From Candidatus Daviesbacteria bacterium RIFCSPLOWO2_01_FULL_39_23 (GTDB lineage Bacteria; Patescibacteriota; Microgenomatia; Daviesbacterales; UBA10151), in contig MFDN01000005.1 of NCBI GenBank assembly GCA_001776935.1, forward strand, positions 68,893 through 132,892: a DNA stretch of 64,000 bases, read 5' to 3'. The translations under genes were made by a program, and so were the position numbers. Under the pieces are notes generated by a model, which saw nothing but the letters and a program-made list of their open reading frames with translations, did not search any database and was not told where the DNA came from. This document shows positions 37,960-47,140 of this stretch, piece by piece; position 1 is the first letter of the stretch; each line of letters begins with the position of its first letter.

Positions 37960-38580
37960 ATATTCCCTGTTCCCTGCTCCACCCAGGATTGGGGAATCAA
38001 TACAATTTACAATGTACAATTTACAATGTACAATTTTTTCCAGCACCTGATTTTTTACTCTTTCTGCAATTTCAGAAGGCAAAACACCTTTTATGAGATC
38101 TCTTTTATCAGCTTCGTAATGAGGTTTGAGTAAAGCAATAATCAAACCATCCGGTTTAAGGAAATTCTTAACAATAGGTAAAATCAGCTCCAGTTTGGTC
38201 CAGCCGGCATCAATTGTGATTAAGTCAACTCCATCCACCTCGGAGGAGTCATGGCTTCCGCTTCGCTCCAGCCTGCCACCATCCGAGGTGTTTTCAAAGT
38301 CACCTTCCAGGTGGGCTTTGACTCCTGGAAGGTGTGTCAGGCGAAGAATATTTGTCCGCTCCATTACTACTACTCTGGGATCATTGCGCAGTTTCCAGGC
38401 CAGTTCCCCATACGCAGTATCCAAAGCATAAACTTTTCTTGCTCCATTTTGCAGTAAACAATCTACAAATCCGCCTGTTGAGGAACCTACGTCGAGGACG
38501 ACGTAATCTTCAATCCTCAATTTCCAATTTTCAATAGCGGATTGCAGTTTTATTCCGCCCCGGGAAACAAATTGATTCAT
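37939..38580 (-). CDS. TlyA-like rRNA 2'-O-methyltransferase (FtsJ fold, no S4 domain)
   Basis: SRGGIKLQSAIENW...VLDVGSSTGGFVDCLLQNGARKVYALDTAYGELAWKLRNDPRV matches the conserved TlyA/FtsJ motifs. Confidence 0.7.
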   Translation of the reverse strand: MNQFVSRGGIKLQSAIENWKLRIEDYVVLDVGSSTGGFVDCLLQNGARKVYALDTAYGELAWKLRNDPRVVVMERTNILRLTHLPGVKAHLEGDFENTSDGGRLERSGSHDSSEVDGVDLITIDAGWTKLELILPIVKNFLKPDGLIIALLKPHYEADKRDLIKGVLPSEIAERVKNQVLEKIVHCKLYIVNCIDSPILGGAGNREYLLLLKP

Positions 38581-38987
38581 ATCTCCTTCCATCTGTCTAC
38601 TGCTTTTTTTAGCAGTTCCTTATCCTGATTAAAAGTCAACTTCTTCATGGCTTCCTCCTGCTCATACCAGCCGATATCACTAACTTCCCAGTCATGGTCT
38701 TTAATATCTCCTGAGACATATTTCATTAAAAAATAAGTCACTACTTTAAAAATCTTCACATTATTAAAAGTATAGACATATTTGGAATAACCTACCTTCC
38801 CAGCAATCTCAGCCAACACTCCACCCTCTTCCCGGACTTCTCTTAAGGCAGACTCTTCCGTTGTTTGCTCCGGATGATCAAGCAAGCCTTTAGGAAAGCT
38901 CCAATGATGATTTTGGGAATGCTGAGTCAGAAGCACCTGCCCCTTATCATTAAAAACAATTCCTCCTGCTGAAAATTCTTGTTTCAC
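38577..38987 (-). CDS. NUDIX hydrolase
   Basis: 136 aa. Nudix box GLLDHPEQTTEESALREVREEGGV. Confidence 0.8.
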   Translation of the reverse strand: MKQEFSAGGIVFNDKGQVLLTQHSQNHHWSFPKGLLDHPEQTTEESALREVREEGGVLAEIAGKVGYSKYVYTFNNVKIFKVVTYFLMKYVSGDIKDHDWEVSDIGWYEQEEAMKKLTFNQDKELLKKAVDRWKEI

Positions 38988-39088
38988 GTTTTTAATTCTA
39001 TCTTTTTTAATTGTGCCCTCGGCGGGAATTGAATCCTTCGATCCTTCGACATACTCAGGACTCAGGACCTTCGGCCCACATCAATCAG

Positions 39089-39162
39089 TATGCCCGAGAG
39101 GACTTGAACCTCCAACCTCAAGATCCGGAATCTTGTGCTCTATCCAATTGAGCCACGGGCAC
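39089..39162 (-). tRNA. tRNA-Arg (CCG)
   Basis: Acceptor GUGCCCG/CGGGCAU; anticodon stem CAAGA/UCUUG with loop UUCCGGA; T-arm GGAGG-UUCAAGU-CCUCU. Confidence 0.75.
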
Positions 39163-39170
39163 ATATTTTT

Positions 39171-39255
39171 TGGCGGAGGGTGCAGGAGTCGAACCTGCTA
39201 GGGCTTTCACCCGATGGTTTTCGAAACCATTACCTTACCGTTCGGCCAACCCTCC
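39171..39255 (-). tRNA. tRNA-Ser (CGA)
   Basis: Acceptor GGAGGGU; anticodon loop UUCGAAA; long variable arm; CCA encoded. Confidence 0.8.
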
Positions 39256-39406
39256 GAATGCGGGTCGCATTCGTAAATGCGACACCTCCGAAAACTTGTC
39301 TTTTGGAAATTTATGCCAAGTTTTCTTCGGCGCGCCCGGCGGGATCTTTACTTCGTAAAGCATAGTGCACTTCGTTTGCACTATGAACGAACCCACGAGC
39401 GCTTTG

Positions 39407-39478
39407 CGCCCCTGGCGGGAATCGAACCCACATTACGAGATCCGCAATCTCGAGGTTTATCCGTTAGCCTACAGGGAC
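39407..39478 (-). tRNA. tRNA, anticodon GCG (Arg) by manual fold
   Basis: Acceptor GUCCCUG/CAGGGGC; anticodon stem CGAGA/UCUCG with loop UUGCGGA; T-arm GUGGG-UUCGAUU-CCCGC. D-stem has one mismatch. Confidence 0.5.
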
Positions 39479-39536
39479 AACATGGGTATTTTAACAGAAA
39501 TCCAGTCTGAAAGCTGAAGCCTGTGACAACTGAAAA

Positions 39537-40148
39537 CTATCTATGGGTATTTTCCAGGGGGAAGTGTTTTTGTAAACCTTCTGACCATTTTTCCATCCAG
39601 CTTTTATACGGCACCTCAACATACGGCAAAAATTTGGCTACAGTTTTTTTAACTTTTTCTTCATCATGCTCTTCCAGTACCAACATAAGCTGAGCCGGAA
39701 ACCTCAGGCGCGTTTGAATATGCAAAATATTTGAACCATCTTTTTTCTTAAACCAAAAAGCATCCAGGTAATGCCAAAGGTAAAAATCTTCCCCGATAGT
39801 AATACCTTGTGTTGAAATCCTGTAAGTAACTTTATGAGGCGGCACAAAAGCCAAAACATAGGCCACAAAAGCTAAGGATAAAAGTGTGGCGATAAGTAAA
39901 AATTCCTTAGCCAAAAGCAATATTAAAACCAGCAAAATCACAATTATCGCCAAAGTGGTGTAGTAAGACCGGTCTTTTTTTCTAAAAGGACGGGATGGCG
40001 CTTCCCACGAGAGTAACGTTTCAATCTCCTCTGTCTCCATCATCTTAGGAGTAAAAAATTCATGGCCAAGATTTTCCTCAGGAGGATTTTTTGGATGCTC
40101 CTTTTTAGGAGGATTCTGCTGGTGTTTTTCAGGATTATCCTTGGGCAT
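39537..40148 (-). CDS. Hypothetical membrane protein (2 TM, charged termini)
   Basis: 203-aa ORF. Confidence 0.4.
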   Translation of the reverse strand: MPKDNPEKHQQNPPKKEHPKNPPEENLGHEFFTPKMMETEEIETLLSWEAPSRPFRKKDRSYYTTLAIIVILLVLILLLAKEFLLIATLLSLAFVAYVLAFVPPHKVTYRISTQGITIGEDFYLWHYLDAFWFKKKDGSNILHIQTRLRFPAQLMLVLEEHDEEKVKKTVAKFLPYVEVPYKSWMEKWSEGLQKHFPLENTHR

Positions 40149-40198
40149 GTTGATTTTAGTTTAACTTTAAATTCCTAAACTGTAAAGACCGATTGCTG

Positions 40199-40283
40199 CG
40201 GAGGCGGCAGGATTCGAACCTGCGAGCCCTTTCGAGCCAATGGTTTTCAAGACCATCTCCATAAACCGCTCGGACACGCCTCC
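40199..40283 (-). tRNA. tRNA-Ser (UGA)
   Basis: Acceptor GGAGGCG; anticodon loop CUUGAAA; long variable arm; T-loop UUCGAAU. Confidence 0.8.
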
Positions 40284-40288
40284 TTAGG

Positions 40289-40372
40289 CGGAGGGTACAG
40301 GATTCGAACCTGTGTGACATTTCTGCCAACGGTTTAGCGAACCGTCTCCTTAAACCACTCGGACAACCCTCC
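40289..40372 (-). tRNA. tRNA-Ser (GCU)
   Basis: Acceptor GGAGGGU; anticodon stem ACGGU/ACCGU with loop UCGCUAA; long variable arm. Confidence 0.8.
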
Positions 40373-40424
40373 AGCAGGCCTAATTTTAACAGAATAGAGT
40401 TTTTCTATCTAGCCAACAGGATTT

Positions 40425-40685
40425 TTATTGGCTAGCATATTTATGCAGGATTGAAGCAGCTAAGGTTTGATAAGGAATGCCCTCTTCTATAGCTTTAGCC
40501 TTAAGTTTCAATAAATCCCTTTCTGAAATCCTTAAATTAATATTTTTATTCTTTTTAACAGTGTTTTTGGCTGCTTCTATGGCATCTTTTTTAGCTTGTT
40601 CAAAATTCTTAACCCTTTTAAACTCTCCTGCCTCAACAGCCTTGAGGATTTCTTCCTCCTCTTTTGTGAGTTCAAAATATTTCAT
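40425..40685 (-). CDS. brnA: BrnA-like antitoxin
   Basis: 86 aa; downstream of and overlapping brnT; C-terminal RHH-like region. Confidence 0.65.
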   Translation of the reverse strand: MKYFELTKEEEEILKAVEAGEFKRVKNFEQAKKDAIEAAKNTVKKNKNINLRISERDLLKLKAKAIEEGIPYQTLAASILHKYASQ

Positions 40686-40972
40686 TTCTTCCTCCTTTCT
40701 ATTAGGTATATTTTAGTCATTTTTCTGCTTGGATAAAGAGTTTTCAAAAAATATTTCTCTTTATCTTCCACAAACGGAATCAGATAAATATAATCATCAA
40801 ACTCAATTACAAACACTTGTTGATTGGAAAATTTTTCCTTGTTGGGATGATCGATAATATCTAACAAACCACCCTCAATAATTACATTAACTAGTTCTTC
40901 AAAAGATACTCCTCTTTTCTTCTTTAATAAAACGCTTTTCTCCCTATTCCAATCAAAGTACTTCACTTTCAT
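40682..40972 (-). CDS. brnT: BrnT-family (DUF497) ribonuclease toxin
   Basis: 96 aa. FDWNREKSVLLKKKRGVSFEEL matches the BrnT N-terminal signature. Confidence 0.7.
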   Translation of the reverse strand: MKVKYFDWNREKSVLLKKKRGVSFEELVNVIIEGGLLDIIDHPNKEKFSNQQVFVIEFDDYIYLIPFVEDKEKYFLKTLYPSRKMTKIYLIERRKK

Positions 40973-41005
40973 ATTTTATGACAATGTATATGTTTTGTCA
41001 ATGTA

Positions 41006-41713
41006 TTACCTGGCCAAAGTTAAAGCCCACACTTTTTTGGCGCCGTTTCTTTTTAAGACATAACAGCATTCACGCAGAGTTGAACCTGTGGTCCAGACAT
41101 CGTCAATAAGCAAAATGCTCTTAGCTATTTGCTTTTCGCTGTTGGCAAGCGCAAAGGCATTTTTGATATTTTGACGGCGGCCATGACCTTTTAATTTTAC
41201 CTGCGGCTTGGTATAACGAATACGCTTTATCGCATCACAATAGGTTAAACCTAACTTTTTGGATAAAAGTTGCCCCATCAAGGCAGACTGGTTAAAACCG
41301 CGGGAATTTTCTCTCCAAAAGTAAAGCGGCACAGAAACAACCCCCCATCCTTCCCCCCTATCTTTTTTAATCTGATCTAAAACAAAAGGCTGATATTTTG
41401 CCCAATATTCCAAAGTTATATTAACCAATGCTTCTGCCAATTCTTTTACTTTCCTGTATTTTAATTGTTTGATTGCTTCCCGGAGCGACCCCTGGTAAAT
41501 TCCCAGACTCCAAAGTCCATCAAGTGCGTATTTCCTCCCACACACCGGATGGGTTTGACCGCCCAGTGCCAATCTTTCGCACCGCGGGCAAACTAAATCT
41601 GTTTGCATAATTTCGGAAACACAACCTTTGCAAAAGTATGTATCAAATTTTTTGCAGCCAACACATCTTTTAGGGAAAAGAAAATCTAAAAACATCCAGT
41701 ATAAATAGTACAC
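41006..41713 (-). CDS. comFC: ComF family protein (ComFC; phosphoribosyltransferase domain)
   Basis: 235 aa. N-terminal Cys4 zinc finger; PRTase motif LLIDDVWTTGSTL. Confidence 0.8.
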   Translation of the reverse strand: MYYLYWMFLDFLFPKRCVGCKKFDTYFCKGCVSEIMQTDLVCPRCERLALGGQTHPVCGRKYALDGLWSLGIYQGSLREAIKQLKYRKVKELAEALVNITLEYWAKYQPFVLDQIKKDRGEGWGVVSVPLYFWRENSRGFNQSALMGQLLSKKLGLTYCDAIKRIRYTKPQVKLKGHGRRQNIKNAFALANSEKQIAKSILLIDDVWTTGSTLRECCYVLKRNGAKKVWALTLAR

Positions 41714-41910
41714 TACTTAAACCACAAAAAAATCAGTTGTAGGGTAAGAGCGAGAACCAGCAGTTGATTATATTTATTAAATCGTAACTCGCTTTTTATC
41801 TCTCTCTTACCCCCAACCTGATTAACACCCACTATATAGAAGATTTTTGATAAACAAATAATAATGGTGTAAACATCCGGTAAGAAGCCGCTTGACAAGT
41901 CCAGCAGCTT

Positions 41911-43098
41911 ATGTCTTTAATGAATATAGTGAATAAATTTAAAGCGCTGTCCAACCAAAAAGGTTTTGCCCATATATTGCTTTTGGGGGTTATCGTTGCT
42001 GGTTTGGCAGTTGCAGTATATGTGGTTGGTATTGAAACTAAAATATTCCCCAAAGCTGCTGAATTTAAGCAAAGTGTTTCCGGACCGGTTCCTGTTTGCC
42101 AAAAAGGCCTGAATACTTTCAGTTTAGAACAACCTTGCCCGGGTAGCGATCTTTACAAACAAGCCAGTTATACCTGTTTTGGCGGTAAAAGTGGTGTGGT
42201 GGGGAACAGTACTTGTCAAACACCTGCAAAATTACAAATGCTTGCTAAACAGGCTTGTAAGGGCCAGTCCAACTGCCCCTTACCTACCTCAACACCAGTT
42301 AATTTAGGTAGTTGTACAATCAGGGATGCATATACGACGCTACCTGTTTATTCTGCTCCCAGTTTAGGTAATGGTTACGCACAAATCAGTCTTGGTCAGG
42401 TTAAAGATTTAGCAGACGCAAAAGCAAGATGTACAGATGCAATTTTTAATGCCTTAATGACAAATTATTGCTCTGTCAATAACCGCCCCGCCCAATGGGG
42501 TGTAGCATTTCACACAAACCCAAACAGCTTAACAGGCACATCTTCAACCTGCGCTGCAAGTGGTTGCAATAATCATGTTTGTCCAACTTCCTCCCCAACT
42601 CCAACATCCACACCGACTCCTATTCCTACCCTAACAGGGACAGGACAAGGAACATTTGATTTCACCGTTGGCACTTATTCATTACCGATAAACGGAACAG
42701 TTACTGTTGATCAACAAAACAAAATGATTACATTAAGCTGCAAACAAGGAGTTGCAGGCTGCGCTTTTTCGGCTGTTTACCGGGCTAGAAACAGAACCAC
42801 GTCTAACCTATACCACCTCGCCATGTGGGTGGCAAATCCTTCGGGAATATCAAATCTACTCCGCTTCAATGGTTTTGATGGAATCATGACGAATGGAAGA
42901 AGCGAGCTAGATAGAATGGTAGAACCTGGACAGGAAGCAATAAACACTGCAATTAGAGTTGAAGCCCAACAGAACTTAGGAACTGCTTTGGCTTATATGT
43001 ATAGCGATGGAAAAATATGCATCTCGCCAGCAAATCCTCAGAGTTGTACATATAACGGAGGATCAAGCTTTACAATTAAGGTAGTAGTCAGCCCCTAA
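41911..43098 (+). CDS. Secreted Cys-rich protein with pilin-like N-terminal hydrophobic segment and a Thr/Pro linker
   Basis: 395 aa. N-terminus KGFAHILLLGVIVAGLAV (prepilin-like but without Glu5); multiple Cys; TPTSTPTPIPT linker. Confidence 0.4.
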   Translation: MSLMNIVNKFKALSNQKGFAHILLLGVIVAGLAVAVYVVGIETKIFPKAAEFKQSVSGPVPVCQKGLNTFSLEQPCPGSDLYKQASYTCFGGKSGVVGNSTCQTPAKLQMLAKQACKGQSNCPLPTSTPVNLGSCTIRDAYTTLPVYSAPSLGNGYAQISLGQVKDLADAKARCTDAIFNALMTNYCSVNNRPAQWGVAFHTNPNSLTGTSSTCAASGCNNHVCPTSSPTPTSTPTPIPTLTGTGQGTFDFTVGTYSLPINGTVTVDQQNKMITLSCKQGVAGCAFSAVYRARNRTTSNLYHLAMWVANPSGISNLLRFNGFDGIMTNGRSELDRMVEPGQEAINTAIRVEAQQNLGTALAYMYSDGKICISPANPQSCTYNGGSSFTIKVVVSP

Positions 43099-43925
43099 AT
43101 TACAAATAACCACAGCTACCACAAGGTTAGGCAGCTATTTTTAGTTTGCCGCCTATTGAAACAGCCTGCATGGTGATTAAATTGGATAACATTGAAGGTA
43201 TACTAATAGTCCCCCTGCTTTGCAATCCCTCTTTAAGGTTTCTGGCATTCGCCAAGTCAGACTTGGCATCCGCCAGAGATTCTTCACTGTGCTCAGAATG
43301 ACAATGAGTAATTTTAGGATGACTCGTGGGATGTAATTGCATGTTGGGAAAGATAATACCTTAAGAAAATAAAGATAAGATATAAAAAGAGTAAGAATTA
43401 AGAAAGTAATAGGTGGAGATGTCGGCTTTGCAGCCGAGTCCAAAATTGTAACTTTTCAAACCTCTACAAGCTTATCCAGTTAATTTTTGTTCATCAGTTG
43501 TAACCAACTGGAAGGAAAACTAATGAATGATTGAATTGTCTTTTGTAACTTCGGATCAACCAACACCAAAATTACAGCATCCTGACTTTGTACGTACCTT
43601 AGTATTCCGTCAGAAGGAGAACATTTTCTAAGGTAACCTTTAGCTTAAGCTACTAAAGCAGGCTGTAAACCCGCGAACGGGTTAACAGTACCTGTAAATT
43701 TAGCAGCGAACTGCTTCAGGTAACGAGCAATATCATTGCCGTTTGTGTTTTGAAACCATATTTAACGCTTAAGATTTCTTTAGCGGCTTGCAGTTTTCAA
43801 AGAGCAATCCTGTCGAAACTATACATCCCCAGGAGTGTATATTACCACAAAACAACGCTCAAAAGCAAATCGCCAATACCCAGACAAAACATTCAACGAT
43901 CGTGGTATGTTTTGTATAAGATAAT

Positions 43926-44366
43926 TCAGGCTTTTCCCCGGAGTTCCTGCTCTACTCTGCGGGCATGATCCTGTTCTTTGATTGCTTTGCGGTGGTCAAA
44001 TTCCTTTTTACTCCTGGCCAGACCTACTTCTACTTTAAACCGGTTATTTTTTTCATAAATAGACAAAGGGATCAAAGTAGTGTTTTTACCGGAAGTCTTG
44101 CCTATTAAAGAATCAATCTGGTGCCTGTGAAGCAGCAGCTTCCTGGATTTTTGGGCATCATATTCTTTATCAGAAGCCTGATTATACATAGGGATATTGG
44201 CATTAATTAGAAAAGCTTCTCCGTTTAACACCCTTATGTGACTTTCTCCTAAATCAATTCTCCCTGCCCTGATGGATTTAACCTCAGAACCGGATAAAAC
44301 TATCCCTGCTTCAAAGTGTTCAAGAATATGATAGTTATGAAGGGCTTTTTTATTGATGATTTTCAT
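43926..44366 (-). CDS. smpB: SsrA-binding protein
   Basis: 146 aa. NKKALHNYHILE...GIVLSGSEVKSIR canonical SmpB N-terminus. Confidence 0.9.
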   Translation of the reverse strand: MKIINKKALHNYHILEHFEAGIVLSGSEVKSIRAGRIDLGESHIRVLNGEAFLINANIPMYNQASDKEYDAQKSRKLLLHRHQIDSLIGKTSGKNTTLIPLSIYEKNNRFKVEVGLARSKKEFDHRKAIKEQDHARRVEQELRGKA

Positions 44367-44430
44367 ATGGCTATTAGCTTTTAGCTATTGGCTATTCGCT
44401 ACGAAAAGCTAACGACCAAAAGCTAACAGC

Positions 44431-46263
44431 TCATTTTAGCTCTACTGAGTAAATCTTGCTTCGCTCAAGCAAATACACTTTTTTCCCTTTTTCATCTACC
44501 ACCAAATCCGTAGCAGAGCCAAATCCGCTTCCCATCATTTGCCCTTTATAGCCGCCTGTTTTTGTTAGGATCAGGAGCCGGGAATTTCCGGAATCCAAAA
44601 GATATAAATTATCCGTGTCTGATGAGACAAAAAGGCTTTTGGGGCTTTTTACCGGAGAAGGTAAACCGTCATAGGAAAAATTATCTTTGTCTCCTTTTGT
44701 AAAGCGTAATATTTCCCCGTCGCTTTTTAGCACATACACCGAAGATTCAATCTGCATTCTTATGGCATTTGCAAAATCTGCTTTTGTACCTTTGGTTAGG
44801 TATTCCCTTTTATCCGAATATCCGTCTGCAGCAGGCAGGTATTTCCAGATTTGACCTGAATCCAAAAGATATATATTTCCGGCAAAACCATAAATATCCT
44901 TAATTTCCTCCCAATCTTTATCCGCTTTGGAAACTGTAGTTGCTTTCTGTTTTGCGCTGTCCACCCTTATAATTCCTTTATCCTTTGAGAAAACAAAAGC
45001 AAAACTGCCGTTTAAAGAAGCGAAAACAGCCTCTCCTAACCCGTCTGAGCCTGCTAAAATTTGATTGCTCTTTTTTGCCATATCTACAACAACCAATGTT
45101 TTAGTGCCGGGATCCAAAAGCAGCAGTTTATCTTTGGATAAACTCATAGAGACGGCGCGGAAGTCTTTTTTAACCAAATCCATATCTAAAAATTCCGGAA
45201 AATTAGACACCTCCGCAGCCTGCAGTATTGAGGAAGATTCATTTTCAAGGGTGTTTTTAAAATTATTCGCTTCCTGGTCTTTTGGCGCAAGCACCAATGC
45301 TTTACTCACCTTATCCTTGGCAGATTCCAGCCTTTTTTTTGCCTCAGCGGGATTTAAGCTGGCCAAACCCTTAGCTCCCTCAAAATCCTCTTTAGCAGAT
45401 GCAAAGATTTGGTTAAATTGCAAAAGCTTTTCACTGTCCTTGTTAACTTTATATTTATATCCTGCTCCTGCCAGTGCAATAACAATTAAAACAATTGCTA
45501 TTGCCAGCCTCCCTCTGCCGCTTTTTGGAAAATAGGTTTTAAGTTGAGAAAACCCCCAAATGATTTTTTTGAAAAAAGCTCCAAAAACCGCCTTTATTTT
45601 GCCCGGGGAATCCGAAACTTCCTGTTGCAAAGTCTCATCTTCCTCTTTTTGCTTGCTGACAGGGGAGATTTCTACATTTTCCTCCGATATCTCCACTGCT
45701 AAAGCTGCCACCCCTTTCTCTTCGAGCTCTGAGGCGCCAATTTTACCTTGCACTTCTTCTTCAAAACTCTCCAGGGGCAATTCCAAACATTTTGTAAAAT
45801 CTGAACCCAAAAAAGCTGTTAAGCTCCTTGTAGAAAATACCAGTTTATCTCCGGCGTTTATAAAACCGGACACAAGCTGAACTGATGCCACTTTCAAAAG
45901 CGATGAGATTTTATCTGACCGTTTCAGGTAAACATCCACCTCTCCTTTGCCGATAAGATATAAAACCTTTCCGGAAACTGCTGCCAACACCAGGTCCCAA
46001 TCCGTAACCTGCTCTGAAAGTTTTTTTTGAGCCTCTGCAAAAGCTGCATCCAGCTTCTCTGCCACTGTCCCCTCGGACTCAAAATAAAAATCTTCAAGCT
46101 CAGATAAAACTTGCCTGCCCTTGGTGAAAGCATCATCACAGGTAAGTGATAACACCGCAAAAAAACTGTTTCCGTCCCGCTCGCTTGAGGTAACCTGAGC
46201 AGCTTTTTGATCTGTATTTAACCCGATAACTTGTGCAATGTTTAATTTCATAGAATTCCCCAC
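44431..46263 (-). CDS. Large hypothetical protein with one TM segment; C-terminal region possibly beta-propeller-like
   Basis: 610 aa. Central TM segment LAIAIVLIVIALAGAGY; repeated hydrophobic-strand patterns in the C-terminal region. Confidence 0.4.
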   Translation of the reverse strand: MGNSMKLNIAQVIGLNTDQKAAQVTSSERDGNSFFAVLSLTCDDAFTKGRQVLSELEDFYFESEGTVAEKLDAAFAEAQKKLSEQVTDWDLVLAAVSGKVLYLIGKGEVDVYLKRSDKISSLLKVASVQLVSGFINAGDKLVFSTRSLTAFLGSDFTKCLELPLESFEEEVQGKIGASELEEKGVAALAVEISEENVEISPVSKQKEEDETLQQEVSDSPGKIKAVFGAFFKKIIWGFSQLKTYFPKSGRGRLAIAIVLIVIALAGAGYKYKVNKDSEKLLQFNQIFASAKEDFEGAKGLASLNPAEAKKRLESAKDKVSKALVLAPKDQEANNFKNTLENESSSILQAAEVSNFPEFLDMDLVKKDFRAVSMSLSKDKLLLLDPGTKTLVVVDMAKKSNQILAGSDGLGEAVFASLNGSFAFVFSKDKGIIRVDSAKQKATTVSKADKDWEEIKDIYGFAGNIYLLDSGQIWKYLPAADGYSDKREYLTKGTKADFANAIRMQIESSVYVLKSDGEILRFTKGDKDNFSYDGLPSPVKSPKSLFVSSDTDNLYLLDSGNSRLLILTKTGGYKGQMMGSGFGSATDLVVDEKGKKVYLLERSKIYSVELK

Positions 46264-46484
46264 ACCAAAACAATTAACCCAACTGCAAAACCAACATTAA
46301 GCAAAGAGAGGGCTTTGAGAACCGGAGATACTTTGGTAATTAAGGTTTGACTCATTAAATTCACCTGTCTGACAACCACCAACGCAAATATAGCGTAAAG
46401 CACCAAAATTATCAAAATTGCAGCCTTAAGCAATATTCTTATTGACTCAAATTCAAAAGGATTAGACGGGATGGTGACTGGCAT
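46248..46484 (-). CDS. Small membrane protein
   Basis: 78 aa, 2 TM. Confidence 0.3.
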   Translation of the reverse strand: MPVTIPSNPFEFESIRILLKAAILIILVLYAIFALVVVRQVNLMSQTLITKVSPVLKALSLLNVGFAVGLIVLVWGIL

Positions 46485-47037
46485 GATTTCCTCCTTTGCT
46501 GTGAATATTGTGCGTTAGATCCAGAATAAAATCAGCCACATGATGAGGCCTTGGGACATCCAACAAATCAATATTTTTAGAAGTCCCGGCTGTCTGAATA
46601 AAAACATCTCCATAATGAAAAATCGACTGCAATATTCCTCCCATGGATGATGAAGTATCTTCTACATTCCGCAGGGGTGCCATATCGATATTCTTAAAAA
46701 GAAGCGAATGAAAATCTACATCCACTATATTTTTCTCAGTTACTATAATGACATTAAAATACCATTGCAAAAAGCCTTCAAAAACAATAATTAACACCAC
46801 CAGATAGTTGACAATTAAAAATAATATTTCAAAAGTTTGGGGAATAGTCTCAAGATCCAAATTAAAAATAGGTAAAAACCTGGCAGCTATAAAAGGCACA
46901 AAAAATATTACAATAGCTGCAGTGATCCAGCCTAAATTAGTAATCGGGTGGGCCCTCAGTAAAAGAAATATCTTTTCGTCCGGATCCTGACCTTCAAAAC
47001 GGCAATTGGTAGGATTTTCTATATAAGAGGAGAACAT
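46462..47037 (-). CDS. Membrane protein, possible bacterial PH (YdbS/YdbT-like) domain
   Basis: 191 aa; two TM helices followed by a soluble domain. Confidence 0.35.
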   Translation of the reverse strand: MFSSYIENPTNCRFEGQDPDEKIFLLLRAHPITNLGWITAAIVIFFVPFIAARFLPIFNLDLETIPQTFEILFLIVNYLVVLIIVFEGFLQWYFNVIIVTEKNIVDVDFHSLLFKNIDMAPLRNVEDTSSSMGGILQSIFHYGDVFIQTAGTSKNIDLLDVPRPHHVADFILDLTHNIHSKGGNHASHHPV

Positions 47038-47140
47038 TAAGGAAAGTATATCATAGAGATAAATAGAAATATGCTTCGCGAAATAAATTGAAATTTCAAT
47101 AAATTTCTACCTGTTTCTATGTATATCTACAAGTTTCTGC

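Noticed and set aside
39013-39088. tRNA-like sequence (GGGAATTGAATCC...) just downstream of tRNA-Arg (CCG)
   Set aside because: I could not fold it into a cloverleaf: no acceptor pairing and no clean T-arm. Contains a direct repeat TCGAAGGA x2. Probably a spacer or a decayed tRNA remnant; the ORF 39013-39201 over it is spurious.
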